A DNA stretch of 64,000 bases from Octopus vulgaris. Its lineage: Eukaryota. The stretch is from NCBI GenBank assembly GCA_951406725.2, contig OX597820.1:31496001-31560000 (forward strand), in the 5' to 3' direction. Positions 1 to 13,185 of this stretch are shown piece after piece (the stretch's first letter is position 1; each line of letters begins with the position of its first letter). A program made the position numbers and the translations under genes. A model generated the notes under the pieces. It was not told where the DNA came from. It saw nothing but the letters and a program-made list of their open reading frames with translations, and made no database searches.

Positions 1-133
1 TGGTAGGAGTGACTGTGTGAGAAGGAAGAGAGTAAGAACAATGGAATGAGGAGAAGCAAGTAAAGTCAAGTGTGAGATGAAGGGAAAAGATGCGGTGAGA
101 GGGAAGTTGATGGACAGGAAAGGGTTGGATGAA

Positions 134-1445
134 CTAAGAGGAAGAGTAAGAGTAGAAGGAAAAACATTCATTTAAACCTGACAGTAACATGGTGCCTAGT
201 TCAAATATGAAATGGTCCTTCCATTTTTTTGAACATGGATCCATGATGTGCAGCATTGCCACACATAGAGTGAGTGGGTGACAGAATGACTTGTGTAGAA
301 GAGGCTGGTGACAGGTTGGTCTGGCATATATTGTAGTAAGTTTCAAAAATATTCCTCTAAGTGATCAGCAAGGCATCGACTTGTTCCCCCAATGTAAAAG
401 ATGCCACAAAGTTTGTATATGATGTAATATATAAGGTTAGATGATGTGCAGCAGAAGTTTTCAGTAATAAGATATTGTGGGCTGGTGGGCACAGGTGTCT
501 CTTGTCCCTGAGAAGAACTGTGAAACCATTAAAGATAGCTGAGACTTTCTTTTAAAGATTGTAATCTGAAGGATATTATAAGCTCATACTTTTCCATATA
601 CATACACACACTCACACACATACATGCGTTAACACAAAATATACATACATATATATGTATATATCATTCAGCTGTAAAAGAAAAACATGCCAAAATTGAC
701 CTCACCAGTGCTGATGCCATTTAAAAAGCACAGTCTATTCTGTGGAGTGGTTGGTGTTACGAAGGGCATCCAACGATAAAAACCATACCAAAACAGACAC
801 AGAAGTATGGTGCAGTCTTCTGCCCGGGCAGCTCCTGTCAAACTGTCCAACCCATGCCAGCATGGAAAGCGGATGTTAAATGATGATAATGAAGCATCTT
901 AGGCTCATTGATAGTATTAGAATTGTTAATGTAGGGGTAAGGTTGCATCACTGGCAAGCGCATTTAAAAGTGCCTAGTTGTGTGGGGCTGGGAGTTGTGG
1001 AGCTTCTTACTAGATTTCCAGATTTCTTATCTTTTTTAAAGACAAGGAGAAAAGGTGGTACAGGAACGGTAGGATGGTGGTAGGGGTCAGAAAGTACAAT
1101 ATGGAAGTTGCAGCTGAGTTTATCTTTCAATAGGAGCACAGACAGTTGAAAGGTGAGCGAGAGTGCAATATGGTCTGTGGACATGCGTAAAAAGGTTGGA
1201 GAGCTCTGGTATGGTCAATGGCCTAGGCCTAGCATAGTCCACAACTGCAGAGCTGGTGAAGACGAGGGAATTGAGAGGAATGAGATTTAGTGTGTCTAGG
1301 GTGAGAAGAACAGAGGAGACAATAGATTTGTAGTGCACAGAGGTAGTGGGATATTGTTTATGGAGATATTAGAGGAAACTAACAGAAGTATTGGATGTAG
1401 TGAAGATAAATTCCAAGGTAAGGTGAAAGATGTTAAGGAAATAGA
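134..1445 (-). mobile_element. Degraded Penelope-like retroelement (RT C-terminus, linker and GIY-YIG endonuclease), interrupted at ~600-890
   Basis: Minus-strand translation gives FCCTSSNLIYYIIYKLCGIFYIGGTSRCLADH...FIFELGTMLLSGLNECF (GIY-YIG-like) and PPFLLVFKKDKKSGNLVRSS...LGTFKC (Penelope linker-like); stops and frameshifts present. Confidence 0.75.
700..890 (+). mobile_element. RTE-LINE 3'-end-derived short repeat with (GAT)n tail
   Basis: gaagggcatcc...caacccatgccagcatggaaagcggatgttaaatgatgat matches the 3' end of the RTE at 43293-45680. Confidence 0.8.
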
Positions 1446-1509
1446 TAAAATGACTGATATATGTATGTATATGAATGTGTGTGTGTATATTTATATATAT
1501 ATATATATA

Positions 1510-1693
1510 TGCTTCCTGAGATTCGCCAACACTACACCTGATCTTCTCCCCTCCATACACACGCAAGCATGTATCTGACTCATATACTGTTTGCTTTCCA
1601 GACATTTGTACATTACTGCATATACTTTATACGCACTTTTGACAAGTTGTGGTGCACCTGAGCACTGTATACAATAATTTCATTATTATTATT
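1510..1693 (+). mobile_element. 5'-truncated CR1-type LINE 3' end
   Basis: Ends LPEIRQHYT* (cf. LSEIRRNYT* at 5339), then gtgcacctgagcactgta and an (ATT)n tail as at 5367-5421. Confidence 0.75.
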
Positions 1694-2347
1694 ATATATA
1701 TATATATATAAGAAAAACGTAAGGGAGATAATCAACATTACACTATTTTGATGTCAAGTAGACATAAACAAGATGTGAATGGTTCACTAAGTGCCTGATG
1801 GTCTATTTCTAAATTCTGACGAGATGTATTTCTTGAAATACAGAAAATATTTCATTGCTGGAATTTCTGTATTTGCTGGAAGTTCTGAAGTTCTTTAAGA
1901 TATATAGTTCTTCAAAAGGACATATGTAGTTCTCAGGGAGATTCAGCATGGCACAAGCTGGCCCATTGCTCAACAAGTAGTGGACTCTTTTGCTGTAAAT
2001 GACAGGTGAGGGTTTCGTGATTTCATGCTGAACAACCTGCACAGATGAGTTGTTTATAGTGATCAAATGTATGTGCTGTACTCCCTCCACATGTTAGCTA
2101 GGTCCCTCCATCAAACTGATATTGTCTATAGTGGTGCATGTTGTGCCACACAACAGATGTTAAGGTGATTGCAGCGCAATGTGAGAGGAAGTGTTGCGCA
2201 CGAGAACACAATGCCCCAGCCACTCTGGGAATTAAAACCATGATCTTGCAATCATGAGTGCAACACCCTAACCACTAGACCACCTATACATATATAGAAA
2301 GCAGACACTAAATGATGATGATGATGATGATGATTATATATAAATAT

Positions 2348-3125
2348 ATCATCATCATCATCATCATCATCATCATCGTTTAGCGTCCGTTTTCCATGCT
2401 AGCATGGGTTGGACGGTTCTACTGGGGTCTGTGAAGCCAGAAGGCTTCATCAGGCCCAGTCAGATCTGGCAGTGTTTCTACGGCTGGATGCCCTTCCTAA
2501 CGCCAACCACTCCGTGAGTGTAGTGGGTGCTTTTTACATATCATCATCATCATCGTTTATTGTCCGCTTTCCATGCTAGCATGGGTTGGACGGTTCAACT
2601 GGGGTCTGGGAAGCCAGAAGGCTGCACCAGGCCCAGTCTGATATGGCAATGTTTCTACAGCTGGATGCCCTTCCTAATGCCAACCACTCCGTGAGTGTAG
2701 TGGGTGCTTTTTACGTGCCACTGGCACAACATATATATATATTCTCGATGGCATGTAAAAAGCACCATTTGAGCATGATTGTTACCAGCGTAACCTTACT
2801 GGCACTTGTGCTGGTGGCATGTGAACAAAACATTCGAGCGAGGTCGTTGTCAGTGCTGCTGGACTGACTCCCGTGTAGGTGGCATGTAAAAAACACTATT
2901 TGAGCGTGGCTGTTGCCAGTACCGCCTGACTGGCCCTCATGCTGGTGGCACATAAAAGCACCCACCACACTCTCGGAGTGGTTGGCATTAGGAAGGGTAT
3001 CCAGCTGTGGAAACTCTGCCAGATCAGATTGGAGCCTGGTGCAGCCATCTGATTCGCCAGTCCTCAGTCAAATAGTCCAACCCATGCTAGCATGGAAAGC
3101 GAACGTTAAATGATGATGCTGATGA
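2348..3125. mobile_element. Three RTE-tail repeats: two tandem - copies (2348-2728) and one + copy (2745-3125)
   Basis: catcatcgttta..gtccgttttccatgctagcatgggttggacgg occurs twice, then the reverse complement ending ccatgctagcatggaaagcgaacgttaaatgatgatg. Confidence 0.85.
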
Positions 3126-3159
3126 TATATATATACACACACACACACATACACACATG

Positions 3160-3378
3160 CAAAGGGGTGCTGAAAGGTTCCTGGCTTTGGGTAAGAGAAC
3201 ATACAGGAGGATCTGTTGATTATGATTTTATTGAACATATTTCCTCCTCAGATTCACACACTTATTGCAGAAGTCCTTCAGTTTTCCTAAGCTTGGAACT
3301 CGGAAGGTTGGGCGGGCCTCCAGCAAGGCCTTTTGCATTACCTTTAAAGCCAAGAACTTTTCATCAGCATTTCCTCAT
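3160..3378. mobile_element. Mariner-type MITE
   Basis: TIRs ggggtgctgaaaggttcctggcttt / aaagccaagaacttttcatcagcatttcct; second copy at 26141-26354. Confidence 0.7.
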
Positions 3379-4666
3379 ACATGTAAGTTTGTATGTATGT
3401 ATGTATGTATGTATGTATGTATGTATGTACGCATGTATGTATCCATGCATGCATGTATGTGTGTGTACACATACACACGCACACACACACACACATAGGG
3501 TGTTCAGCCTAAATTTAATGACATTTTTATGTCTTCTTTTTCAGGAACAACTTGATGTATTGATGAACAGTCAATGGTGCTGGAGAGCATAAAGATGGAA
3601 GTTGTAGCTGAGAAAAAAGTTAGCTGATATGGAGGACTGGAAGCCATCTGAATATTGGAAAGAAGTTACCTGTATCAAGATGATTTGTGCAACATATCAA
3701 AATACCAAAATCATGATTGTCTCTCAATTCTCTGTGAACACTGCAGAGGCTGTAAGACATGACATGGACAGCTGCGTGGGAGACTACAAAGCCATGACCA
3801 GCTGGAAGGAATACAGCATGTATTCTGACTGCGTTCATATGTCAGAGCTCATCCAACAAATGCAGGGCAGGGTGAGAGAAAATCCAAGGAAAGGAATCCA
3901 GGCTTTGGTGAGAGAGATGAGAATTGGAGTCACCACCATAAAGCTGGCCCTGAATGAGGACCTTCATTACTAATCTTACAAGAAGCACAAGGGACAAATT
4001 CTGACAGCCAAGACCAAGAACTACTTCACAAAGGCAAAGAAGATTCTGAATAAGCAGAGGCAGCCTGCTGAGCCAGGGATGATCTGGTTCTTCTCAGATT
4101 CAAAGAACTTCTGCCAAGACTGGTTGTACAACTCCCGAAACAACAGGTTGCTTGCCTAAAATCCATGTCATGTCCCACATAGCATGAGAGCCGAGTTCCC
4201 CAAATTGTGATGGTCTTTTGATGTGTCCCCAGTGAGGGTGATGTCATGCAGCTCCAAATCTTTGAACAAGGCCTTAGGCTCAATTCAGACAACTATGTGA
4301 AGTTACTGGAGACTGTAATAAAACCTTGGCTGGAGAGGGTTGCTGCTGGAAGGCCATATGTGAAGTAGCAGAATTTGTATTGTTGCCACACCTCCAGAAA
4401 GAGTCAGATATGGTTGTCAGAGAATTTCTACTACCTTGCCAGCTACAATTTCTGACCTCGAAATTCTTCTAACTAAAATCCATGAATTACTATGTGCAGG
4501 GTATGGTTAAGAAAGACACCAAATACCTGGCCTGCAGCATCAAAGCTGAGTTGGTGGCCAAGATCATGAAGGTGTTTTGGAAGATATTCTCAGGGACACA
4601 GTGAAGAATGCATGTATCAGGTTCTGGAGCCATTTTGAGGCCAAAGTGGAAGCTGAGGGTAGCTAC

Positions 4667-5388
4667 CACCATGCATTTTGGGAGAAAAAACCCTGCGTTC
4701 ACATACTCCCTCCACAACACTGATATCAAGAAATCCTCTTGTGAGCGTGACCTAGGCATCACTGTCAGCAGTGATTTGCGTTGGTCAAAGCATATCTCTA
4801 AGATTGTCAGGAAGGCCGAGGGTGTCTTGGCATCACTCAGCAGGTCTTTTGTTAGCCGCTCTCCAGCCATCTATTTAAAACTGTATACAGCTATGGTACG
4901 ACCACACTTGGAATTCGCATCATCAGTTTGGAACCCCTATCTTGCACAGAACATTGACCTCCTGGAATCTGTCCAGAGACGTGCAACCAAACGCATACCC
5001 TCCATCAGACACCTACCATATTCTGAGCGCCTTGTTTCCCTGGGCATGGATTCACTGAAGCTCCGGCGTTTGGCGACGGACTTGGTAAACACCCACAAAG
5101 TTATCAACCACCTCACCAACAACAACACTGAACACCTTTTTGATCTCCATGTGTCTAACACACGTGGACATGCCTACAAAGTCAGAAAACAATACAGCTC
5201 CCATGACTTTCGGAAACATTTTTTCACGCTCAGAGTTGCTGAAGCATGGAATAAACTGCCTGCGTCAGTTGTTGACTGCCATGACACTGCATCTTTTAAG
5301 GCCCTCATGCTTTCCGAAATCCGCCGAAACTACACCTGATTATATATACACTTTAGATGAGTTGTAGTGCACCTGAGCACTGTACACA

Positions 5389-5421
<33 letters not shown>
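4667..5421 (+). mobile_element. 5'-truncated CR1-clade LINE (ORF2 RT C-terminus, 3' UTR, (ATT)n tail)
   Basis: Open frame ERDLGITVSSDLRWSKHI...LYTAMVRPHLEFASSVWNPY...LESVQRRATK...NTRGHAYK...RKHFFTLRVAEAWNKLP is a canonical CR1 ORF2 end. Confidence 0.9.
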
Positions 5422-5423
<2 letters not shown>

Positions 5424-5487
5424 TTTGAGTAAACTTTTATAATGTGGTTGATATTTTTTGATTTTTCAGGAAACTTTTATATTTGAA

Positions 5488-5879
5488 CTAGCAGTATTGT
5501 CTGGCGTTGCTCGGGTTTGTTTCGACCCTTTAGAATTGGAATTTTTGAAAAGTAAAAATTTTGCATTATGTAGCTTGTTATTCTCTTTAAGTGAACATTT
5601 TACTGGTTGAAATACACAGAAAAATGGTGACACAGCAGTCAAAAAAATCGTAAAAATAGGGATTTTCATAGAAGAAAAGCACCTTTTTGATGCAAATAAT
5701 TTTTGGTGTTAACATGGTCCGATTTGAATTTTTTCTTCTACGGAAGGAAGAGCAAGCCTTCTTCTATCATACTCTCAATTTTAGTCAACTTGCACCGCAG
5801 GGTCTCGGAAGAGATAGTGTTAGTTGAAGGCTACCAAACCTGCCATACACAGACAACTTCAGCTTTATATAGAGAGAGA
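5488..5879 (-). mobile_element. Non-autonomous Helitron-like element
   Basis: On -: A|TC 5' end, subterminal hairpin-like acccgagcaacgccagac and CTAG|T 3' end, no TSD; same ends as 53203-53600. Confidence 0.75.
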
Positions 5880-5943
5880 TGGGATAGTGTGTTTTCATTT
5901 CCCTTTATGGAAACGGTCAAATTTAGCCTAAAAATCTTGTATA

Positions 5944-6246
5944 TATTGTTATATTTCAGAATAGTCATTTGTTTTTGCTTGCCAAATAAGTACATGTGCT
6001 ATATATTTGTTCTTCGCTTGTTCATATTTTATCTTATGTCCATTGTCAGGAAATCTTTCCCAGAATAGGAGGATACACGTGAGATAGAAGAGTTGCGGAA
6101 CAGGTCACAGATGTGTGACAATAGATTTTTGGACAATGGACATAGGATAAAATAAGAACAATAATAAACGAGTGAAAAATGAATATATAGCGCATGTGTT
6201 TATTTGGCAAGAAAAAAAAAATGACCATCCCGAAATATAACAATAT
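5944..6246. mobile_element. MITE with ~105-bp imperfect terminal inverted repeats
   Basis: attgttatatttcagaatagtcat...tgtccattgtc mirrored by gacaatggaca...atgaccatcccgaaatataacaat. Confidence 0.75.
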
Positions 6247-6839
6247 CTGTTTCAACACATGATTTCACATCAAGAATCTTGCAAAACAAATTCATAAACA
6301 TAACCCTGTATACATGCATATATATATATATATATATTTACACACACACACATGTATCAAGGTTACTGATGGAAAATTTTATGTTCAAACTACTATTGTT
6401 GTACCTTAGGAACATCATGTTGCCAATTAGCCATTTCCTATTATACAGAAGCACATATAGCAGCATTATAATACCAATTAAAAATTTATATACACACACA
6501 CTGCACACACCCACACACACATAAATGCATTCATGAAAACATACACACAGCACAATCAACTATAACAACAAAACACCAACACAGTTCACAATTAGACACC
6601 TTCACAGAGCAAATCACAATGAATTGTGTGTGTGTGTGTGTGCTAGGAAAGAGAAGGTGTCCGAGGGTCACGTTTTCATTAAGATCACAGGGTGTTGAGA
6701 AAAAGAACGATAGCCAATTAATCAATTGATTTTTTTATATATCAATAACTTATTAATTTACGAAAAGAAAACTGAGGGGAAATGTAACCAGTACATGTGT
6801 TTTAATTAGCAGCATTATCCACCCAAAAAAATAATATAT

Positions 6840-7962
6840 ATGTGGCTGTTGGCATAGGTATGTTGGTATGGTAAAAAATTTGATTCCCAACCACATGGTT
6901 TTGGGTTCAGTTCTACTGTGTGGCACCTTGGGCAAGGCTGACCAAAGCTTTGTGAGTAGATAGTGGATTGGCTAGACAGAAACTGAAAGAAACCCATCGT
7001 GTATATATGTGTGTGTGTGTGTGTGCATGTGTGTGTATGTTATTGTGTCCTAGCTTTGATTTTGATAGTTGTCACCATCCTGAAAGTGGTGACCCTCATT
7101 TCCATTCTTCTGCGAAGACATGGTCATGAAGAAATATTGCCTTACTTGAGGGTTGGTGACAGGAAGAGCATCAAGCTGTAGAAAATCTCCCTCGGCAAAC
7201 TGTGACCAACCCATGCAAGCATAGAAAGGTGGACATTAAAATGATAATGATCATCACACACACACGCATATCTCTTTTATTCTCTCTTTTACTTGTTTCA
7301 GTCATTTGACTGTGGTCATGCTGGAGCACCGCCTTTAGTCGATCAAATCGACCCCAGGACTTATTCTTTGTAAGCCTAGTACTTATTCTATCGGTCTCTT
7401 TTGCTGAACCGCTAAGTTACGGGGACGTAAACACACCAGCATCGATTGTCAAGCGATGTTGGGGGAACAAACACAGACACACAAACATATACACACACAT
7501 ACACATATATACAACAGGTTTCTTTCAGTTTCCGTCAACCAAATCCACTCACAAGGCTTTGGTCGGCCCGAGGCTATAGTAAAAGACACTTGTCCAAGGT
7601 ACCACGCAGTGGGACTGAACCCGGAACCATGTGATTCATAAGCAAGCTACTTACCACACAGCTACTCCTATATATGTATATATATATATTGTTCGAAATT
7701 GTAAAAACAAGTAAAAAACAGAGACAGGTGAGGTAAAAACAAACAAACTGTATTAGTTTGATGTTCAGGAAAAATGGAGTCTTTACACAGTCTTACACAG
7801 ATATACACAGTTTGCACTGTGTGGGAAGAAGCTTGCTTCATAATCACGTGGTTCCAGGTTCAGTCTCACTGCACGGCACTTTGGGCAAGTGTCTTCTTCT
7901 AGCCTCAGGCTAACCAAAGCTTTGTGAATGAATTTGGTAGATAAAAAATGAAAGAAGTCCGT

Positions 7963-8009
<47 letters not shown>

Positions 8010-8200
8010 CAATGTGTGAGTATGAGTGTGTTTGTGTGTTTACATCCCCATAACTTAGCAGTCCAGCAAAAATTGAATGTTAGAATAAGTATTAGGCTTA
8101 AGAAATAAGTCCTGAGGTTGATTTGTTCAACTAAAACCCCTCAAGGCAGTGCTCCAGAATAGCCACAGTCAAATGACTGAAACAAGTAAAAGAATAAAAT
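6840..8200. mobile_element. Cluster of tRNA-derived SINEs (+ 6840-7030, - 7275-7670, + 7810-8200)
   Basis: Head agtagctgtgtggtaagtagcttgc...ggttccgggttcagtcccactgcgtggtaccttgg with Pol III A/B-box-like motifs, internal microsatellite, tail gactgaaacaagtaaaag. Confidence 0.85.
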
Positions 8201-8384
8201 AATGTCACTGGTATTTGTGTTTCTACAAACTAGCTAAATTAGTAAAATGGACAACCACAGTTTTATTTGCCAGAATTTAATAAAAGTAGACCTGAATTTT
8301 CCCCAGATCCCCTTGCAACATTCTGCCATATAGGAACAGAGAAGGGCACAAGAAAAATTGTTGGCTTTAATAGTCCTGGCCCCA

Positions 8385-8710
8385 TATAAAAGTGCCTGTG
8401 CGGTGCCACATAAAGCACTTGTGTGGGGCCATGTAAAAGCACCCAAGCAACACCATGTAAAAGTGCCTGTGCGGTGCTATGTAAAGGTGTCTGTGTGGTG
8501 CCACATAGAGTACTTGTGTGGGACCATGTAAAAGCATCCTTGCAACACCATGTAAAAGTGCCCATGCAACACCATGTAAAAGTGCTGTAGAAACCATGCT
8601 AAATCAGACTGGAGTCTCTCCTCAGCTTGCCAGCTCCAGTCAAACTGTCCAACCCATGCCAGTATGGACAATGGACATTAAATGATGATGATGACGATGA
8701 TGATGATGAT
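8385..8710 (+). mobile_element. RTE-tail repeat preceded by a ~21-bp tandem expansion (ccatgtaaaagc/gtgc)
   Basis: Repeated ccatgtaaaag units followed by the conserved caacccatgccagtatgga...(GAT)n end. Confidence 0.7.
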
Positions 8711-9062
8711 TATTGGAGTTATGTTGAACAACGGCTGTTACATGTTGGACAAATCTATCTATCAGTTGAGTCTGTCATGAAAATCACCCAACCACCAGCC
8801 AAAAACAAGGCAGAGCAGGCAGTGTTCCTCTTTCTGGTGGCTTCAGTTGTATGAAAGAGGTTGTATGAGGGACGAGCTGAAGGTATTGAACACAGACACT
8901 TTCCTCTTCAGTCAAGCCCTCGTCAACTTATTAAAAGTCCCACTTGGACAGGACAGTGATGCTGGGGACAGAAATGTTGTCTCTCCCAATGAATTTGCCA
9001 ACAAGTGGGTGGCTGTGACATAAATGGTTAGAGTGGATGGACCTACTCTAAACATGTACTTC
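8710..9062 (+). mobile_element. L1/Tx1-clade LINE ORF2 3' remnant
   Basis: YWSYVEQRLLHVGQIYLSVESVMKITQPP...AVFLFLVA...EFANKWV resembles the region after the zinc finger of Tx1-type ORF2. Confidence 0.55.
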
Positions 9063-9710
9063 AGCTCTGGATTAATCATTAAGCAAAATAAGCCATTGTT
9101 TAAGGCATCAAGGGAAGGGGAGCACTACAGAAATGGTAAATGGTTTATGGCACAAAATAAATCACTTTAAACTTGCCAAAATAATATTTGGGATGCCTTA
9201 TCTTTACTAAGTATAAAAACAGATGTGTTATGTAACATTAATTTTGAGGATCTGGTCAAAGACTTTGTAATTAAAAAAAGTGGGAGGGAATTTTTCAAAT
9301 ATAAATAAAGTGGAAGTATTCAAAAATAAAGATTTTTTTCCATCTTATTGTTACTTTTGTTCCATTTTGAAAAATAAAAATATATTTTATGATTTATTAT
9401 TGTTTATATTTTGAATTAACATACATTACAGCTGAGATAAATGGACAGCGAAAGTGAACTAGACTGAGGAAATGTGGAGGGGACAAGTGGAGAAAGAGGA
9501 GATTGGGAAGGTTGGCTTGAGAAGGGAGGATGCCCAAAACCGGGCAAGATGGTGAGATGGTGTAAGAGTGGTTGCTATGTCATTGAGGTAGATCCGGCCA
9601 CCCCAGTTAACGGGGACAAAACCCGGATTTAAAATGATGGATGATGGATATATATGGAGTACCAAAATCTTTTAAATGCTTAGGGCTCCATGGGTCTCGA
9701 TCCAACCCTG
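9062..9710. mobile_element. hAT-type MITE containing an RTE 3' fragment (~9430-9645)
   Basis: Ends cagctctggatta / gatccaaccctg; body matches 35020-35422; insert translates KVGLRREDAQNRARW. Confidence 0.6.
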
Positions 9711-9864
9711 ATGTGCCAGTAAACTGGAGAACAAATGGGACAAGAGTCAGTGCCCATGATAGTTAGGGTAATCCTGGATCTGTGGAGTTCCTTGATTAGT
9801 CCTAGTTGGAAGTTCTTCTGTACCAGGGGCAATAGTATCATACAGGTGCTCACATATTTTGAAT

Positions 9865-10122
9865 ACTTTATTTTTTTTGTTCCTGTCATTGGACTGCGGT
9901 CATGCTGGGGCACCACTTTGAAAGGTTCTTCAGTTGAATGAATCAACCCTTTTTTTTATTTTAAAGCCTGGTACTTAGTCTATTGGTCACTTTTGCTGAA
10001 CTGCTAAGTTATGAGGACATACACAAACCAACACTGGTTGTGAAATGATGGTCAGAGACAAACTCATACACAGTGACACTCACAAAAATACACACACACA
10101 CATATATATATATACACACAAT

Positions 10123-10170
<48 letters not shown>

Positions 10171-10410
10171 TACACACATATATACATATACACACAGACA
10201 TATATACATATATATATACACACATACATACGCATATATATATACACACACACAACGGGCTTCTTTCAGTTTCCGTCAATCAAATCTACACTCAAGGTTT
10301 TAGTCAGCCTGAAGTTATAATTGAAAGCACTCGCTCAAGGTGCCACATGGTGGGACTGAACATGGACACGTGGTTGGCAAGCTTCTTGCCACACAACCAC
10401 ACTCATACCT
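9865..10410 (-). mobile_element. tRNA-derived SINE with expanded internal (TA/CA)n
   Basis: Same family as 7275-7670. Confidence 0.75.
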
Positions 10411-11332
10411 ATAGTTTTTATCCAATTTTCTCCTCTTCCTCCATTCTTGCCCTCATCTTTTTTTTAACGTACCCCCACCCCCATAAAATGTAAACTATCC
10501 TTGTAATATCTCCCTCATCAAATTTCCCTGTAGCAAAAAATTCATTATCATTATTACTATTATCACTATTAGATATCTATATTATTATTAATATCTGTTT
10601 CAGCTGAGTTAGTTCAAATGTACTTAATGTAATTAAGCTAAACAAATTATCATTATTATGTATTTTCTAGAAATTATATCATAATTAATACTCATTAAGC
10701 AGCATATACTACTGCTGCTGCTTAATCTAGTCTGGAATAAAATCCCACTTGCAAGCAAATCTTTACTAATTTTGTCCAAACAGAAGGGTGGGTTATCATG
10801 GCCCTTGTCACGACAGCTGCTATTCAATTATTGCAACCTGCCAATCTACTGTAAGCTCCTCCTCTCTCCTTTCTACTTCTAGGAATTTATACACTCCAAC
10901 AACCTCCCTTCCGCCTCCATTACTCCAGTTACTGCAAACAGTCAATTTACTGTAAGCTCCTCCCCTTCCCTCCCACATGGTTCAGATGCAATCCCATAAG
11001 AGTGTTGTGAGTGCTGTGAGCTCCTCCTTTAATTTCTAGGTATTTGTAACACTATAAACGAAATTACCTGCCTACCATAATCTTCTTCCTTCCACTTTGT
11101 GAGCATCATCAGCAGTATTATTGTGTGACATGTCCAAGGTGCCACACAGTGGGACTGAACCCGGAACCATGTGGTTGGTAAGCAAGCTACTTACCACACA
11201 GCCACTCCTGAGTATATATATATACACACATATACATATATATACATATATATATATATACTCAGTCACACAATGCAACACTTTGCATTGTCAGTGAATT
11301 TGGTAGACAGGAACTGTGTCCATTGTGTTTAT

Positions 11333-11582
11333 GTACACATGATTACAGGTAAGTTCACTATCATCAGTTTATCACAGGAGAGCTCACTGCTGTCAATTCA
11401 CTATGAAGAAAGTTCCCTGCAAGGAAAGTGTATCGAGAAAATATATCCACAGAATCTCACCATTAATAGTTAAAAACTATTTTATTGAAAACAAATGAAA
11501 GTAATGGAGACCTCGTGGTGAATTGATGACTGTGAACTTCCCCAGCAGTGAATTGATGGTGAACTTACCAGACATGGTACAC
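11333..11582. mobile_element. MITE-like element with terminal inverted repeats
   Basis: ggtaagttcactatca near the left end vs tgatggtgaacttacc near the right end; internal aattcac/gtgaatt repeats. Confidence 0.55.
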
Positions 11583-12074
11583 ACACACACACACACAAAC
11601 ATATGACGGACTATCCCGTCAAAGACGACATATGAATGTTCAGCAAGAAGACAGGAAAAAAAAAAAAACAATTTCAACCAGGAATCACATAAAAGCAGAA
11701 ACAGAAAAACAAACAAGACAGTCCTACCAGAAACCAATGCCAATGCACAAATAGACAATCAACAACATGCTTCCACTACTATTACTACCATTCATCAATG
11801 TTTACAATTCACTCACTTAACCTTGTGACTCTTCATGAGAGTCCTCAGGCCACCAAAAGTAATATCGATGCAAGTATGACTTATTATTAAACCAGCACAT
11901 GATCTAGCAGAGAAATCACAAATGTGGACAATGGTGGTTTGTAAGAAGACTATCGTTCTGTCAGGTTGTTTTCCTATTTTCCTGTAACTGACTCTGATAT
12001 ATCAGTTACCCATTGAGTTTTGAGGAAGGCCAGGGTGGAGAGGAAAGCACTCTCTAGCCCTGAATTAGTCAAAT

Positions 12075-13035
12075 GATGCAGGCATGTCTGTGGAGTTAAA
12101 AAGCTAGCTTCCCAACCATGTGGTTTCAAGTTCAGCCCCACTATGTTGCACCTTGGGCAAGTATCTTCTATTATAGTCCCAGGCTGGGCAAAGCCTTGTG
12201 AGTAGGTTTGGTAGCTAGAAACTGAAAGAAGCCTGTTATGTGTATGTCCTTCTTGGGACACAAAACTCTACTTGTGAAGATCTGTTGAGGCAAGTGAGAA
12301 TCGAAATCAATCAACATCAATGGAATTGCAGCTGTGATACCAGTGCCGGTGGCACGTAATTGAACCATCCTAATGTGGCCGTTGCCAGCGCCGCCCCGAC
12401 TGGCCTCGTGCCGGTGACATGTAAAAAGCACCATCCGTTCGTGGCCGTTGCCAGCCTCACCTGGCCCCGTGCCGGTGGCATGTAAAAAGCACCATCCGAT
12501 TGTGGCCGTTTGCCAGCCTCGTCTGGCACCTGTGCCGGTGGAACGTAAAAAGCACCCACTACACTCACGGAGTGGTTGGCGTTAGGAAGGGCATCCAGCC
12601 GTAGAAACATTGCCAGATCAGACTGGGCCTGGTGCAGCCTTCTGGCTTCCTAGACCCCAGTTGAACCATCCAACCCATGCTAGCATGGAAGGCGGACGCT
12701 AAACGATGATGATGATGATCTTTTATCTTTTACCTGTTTCTGTCATTAGAATTTATAGTCGAATGTATTGACCCCAGTACCTTTTTTTTTTACGTCTGGT
12801 ACTTATTCTATCAATCTCTTTTGCCAAACATCGGTTGTCAAGCGGTGGAGGGTGGGACAAACACAGACACACACATATACATACGATGGACTTCTTTCAG
12901 TTTCTGTCTACCACATCCACTGACAAGGCTTTGGTTGGCCTGTAGAAGACACTTGCCCAAGGTACCATGCAGTAGGACTGAACCCAGGACCATGTCATTT
13001 GGAAGCAAGCTTCTTACTGAATAGCCAAGCCTGCA
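12075..13035. mobile_element. SINE (+), RTE-tail repeat with ~4 hairpin monomers (+, 12250-12719), SINE (-)
   Basis: gtgccggtggcac-type monomers then the (GAT)n tail; flanking tRNA-SINE halves. Confidence 0.8.
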
Positions 13036-13185
13036 CCTATATATATATTTACACACACACACACACGTGGGTGTGTTTGAGTATATATATATATACATAC
13101 ACACACACAAACACATACATATTATGTGGTAAGGCTTCAACAAGTAGAATAGCACTCGGTCGCCTAAGAGAGTAAAGATAATTCT

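Larger units (their letters stand above)
3497..5941 (+). mobile_element. Decayed Tc1/mariner-superfamily transposon (maT/DD37D-like) carrying nested CR1 and Helitron insertions
   Basis: Transposase from 3629 (MEDWKPSEYWKE...ENPRKGIQALVREM...IWFFSDSKNFCQD...VIKPWLERVAAGRPY) with many stops; terminal EGSY|FE* is split by the CR1 (stop at 5430-5432); degenerate TIRs at ~3497 and ~5915-5941. Confidence 0.8.

Noticed and set aside
1809-2090. 93-aa minus-strand ORF as the next exon of the MTIAEF gene
   Set aside because: No convincing splice sites or homology; partly resembles dispersed repeat sequence
4608-5339. 243-aa ORF as a host gene
   Set aside because: Chimera of out-of-frame transposon sequence and a truncated CR1 ORF2 lacking the RT catalytic core
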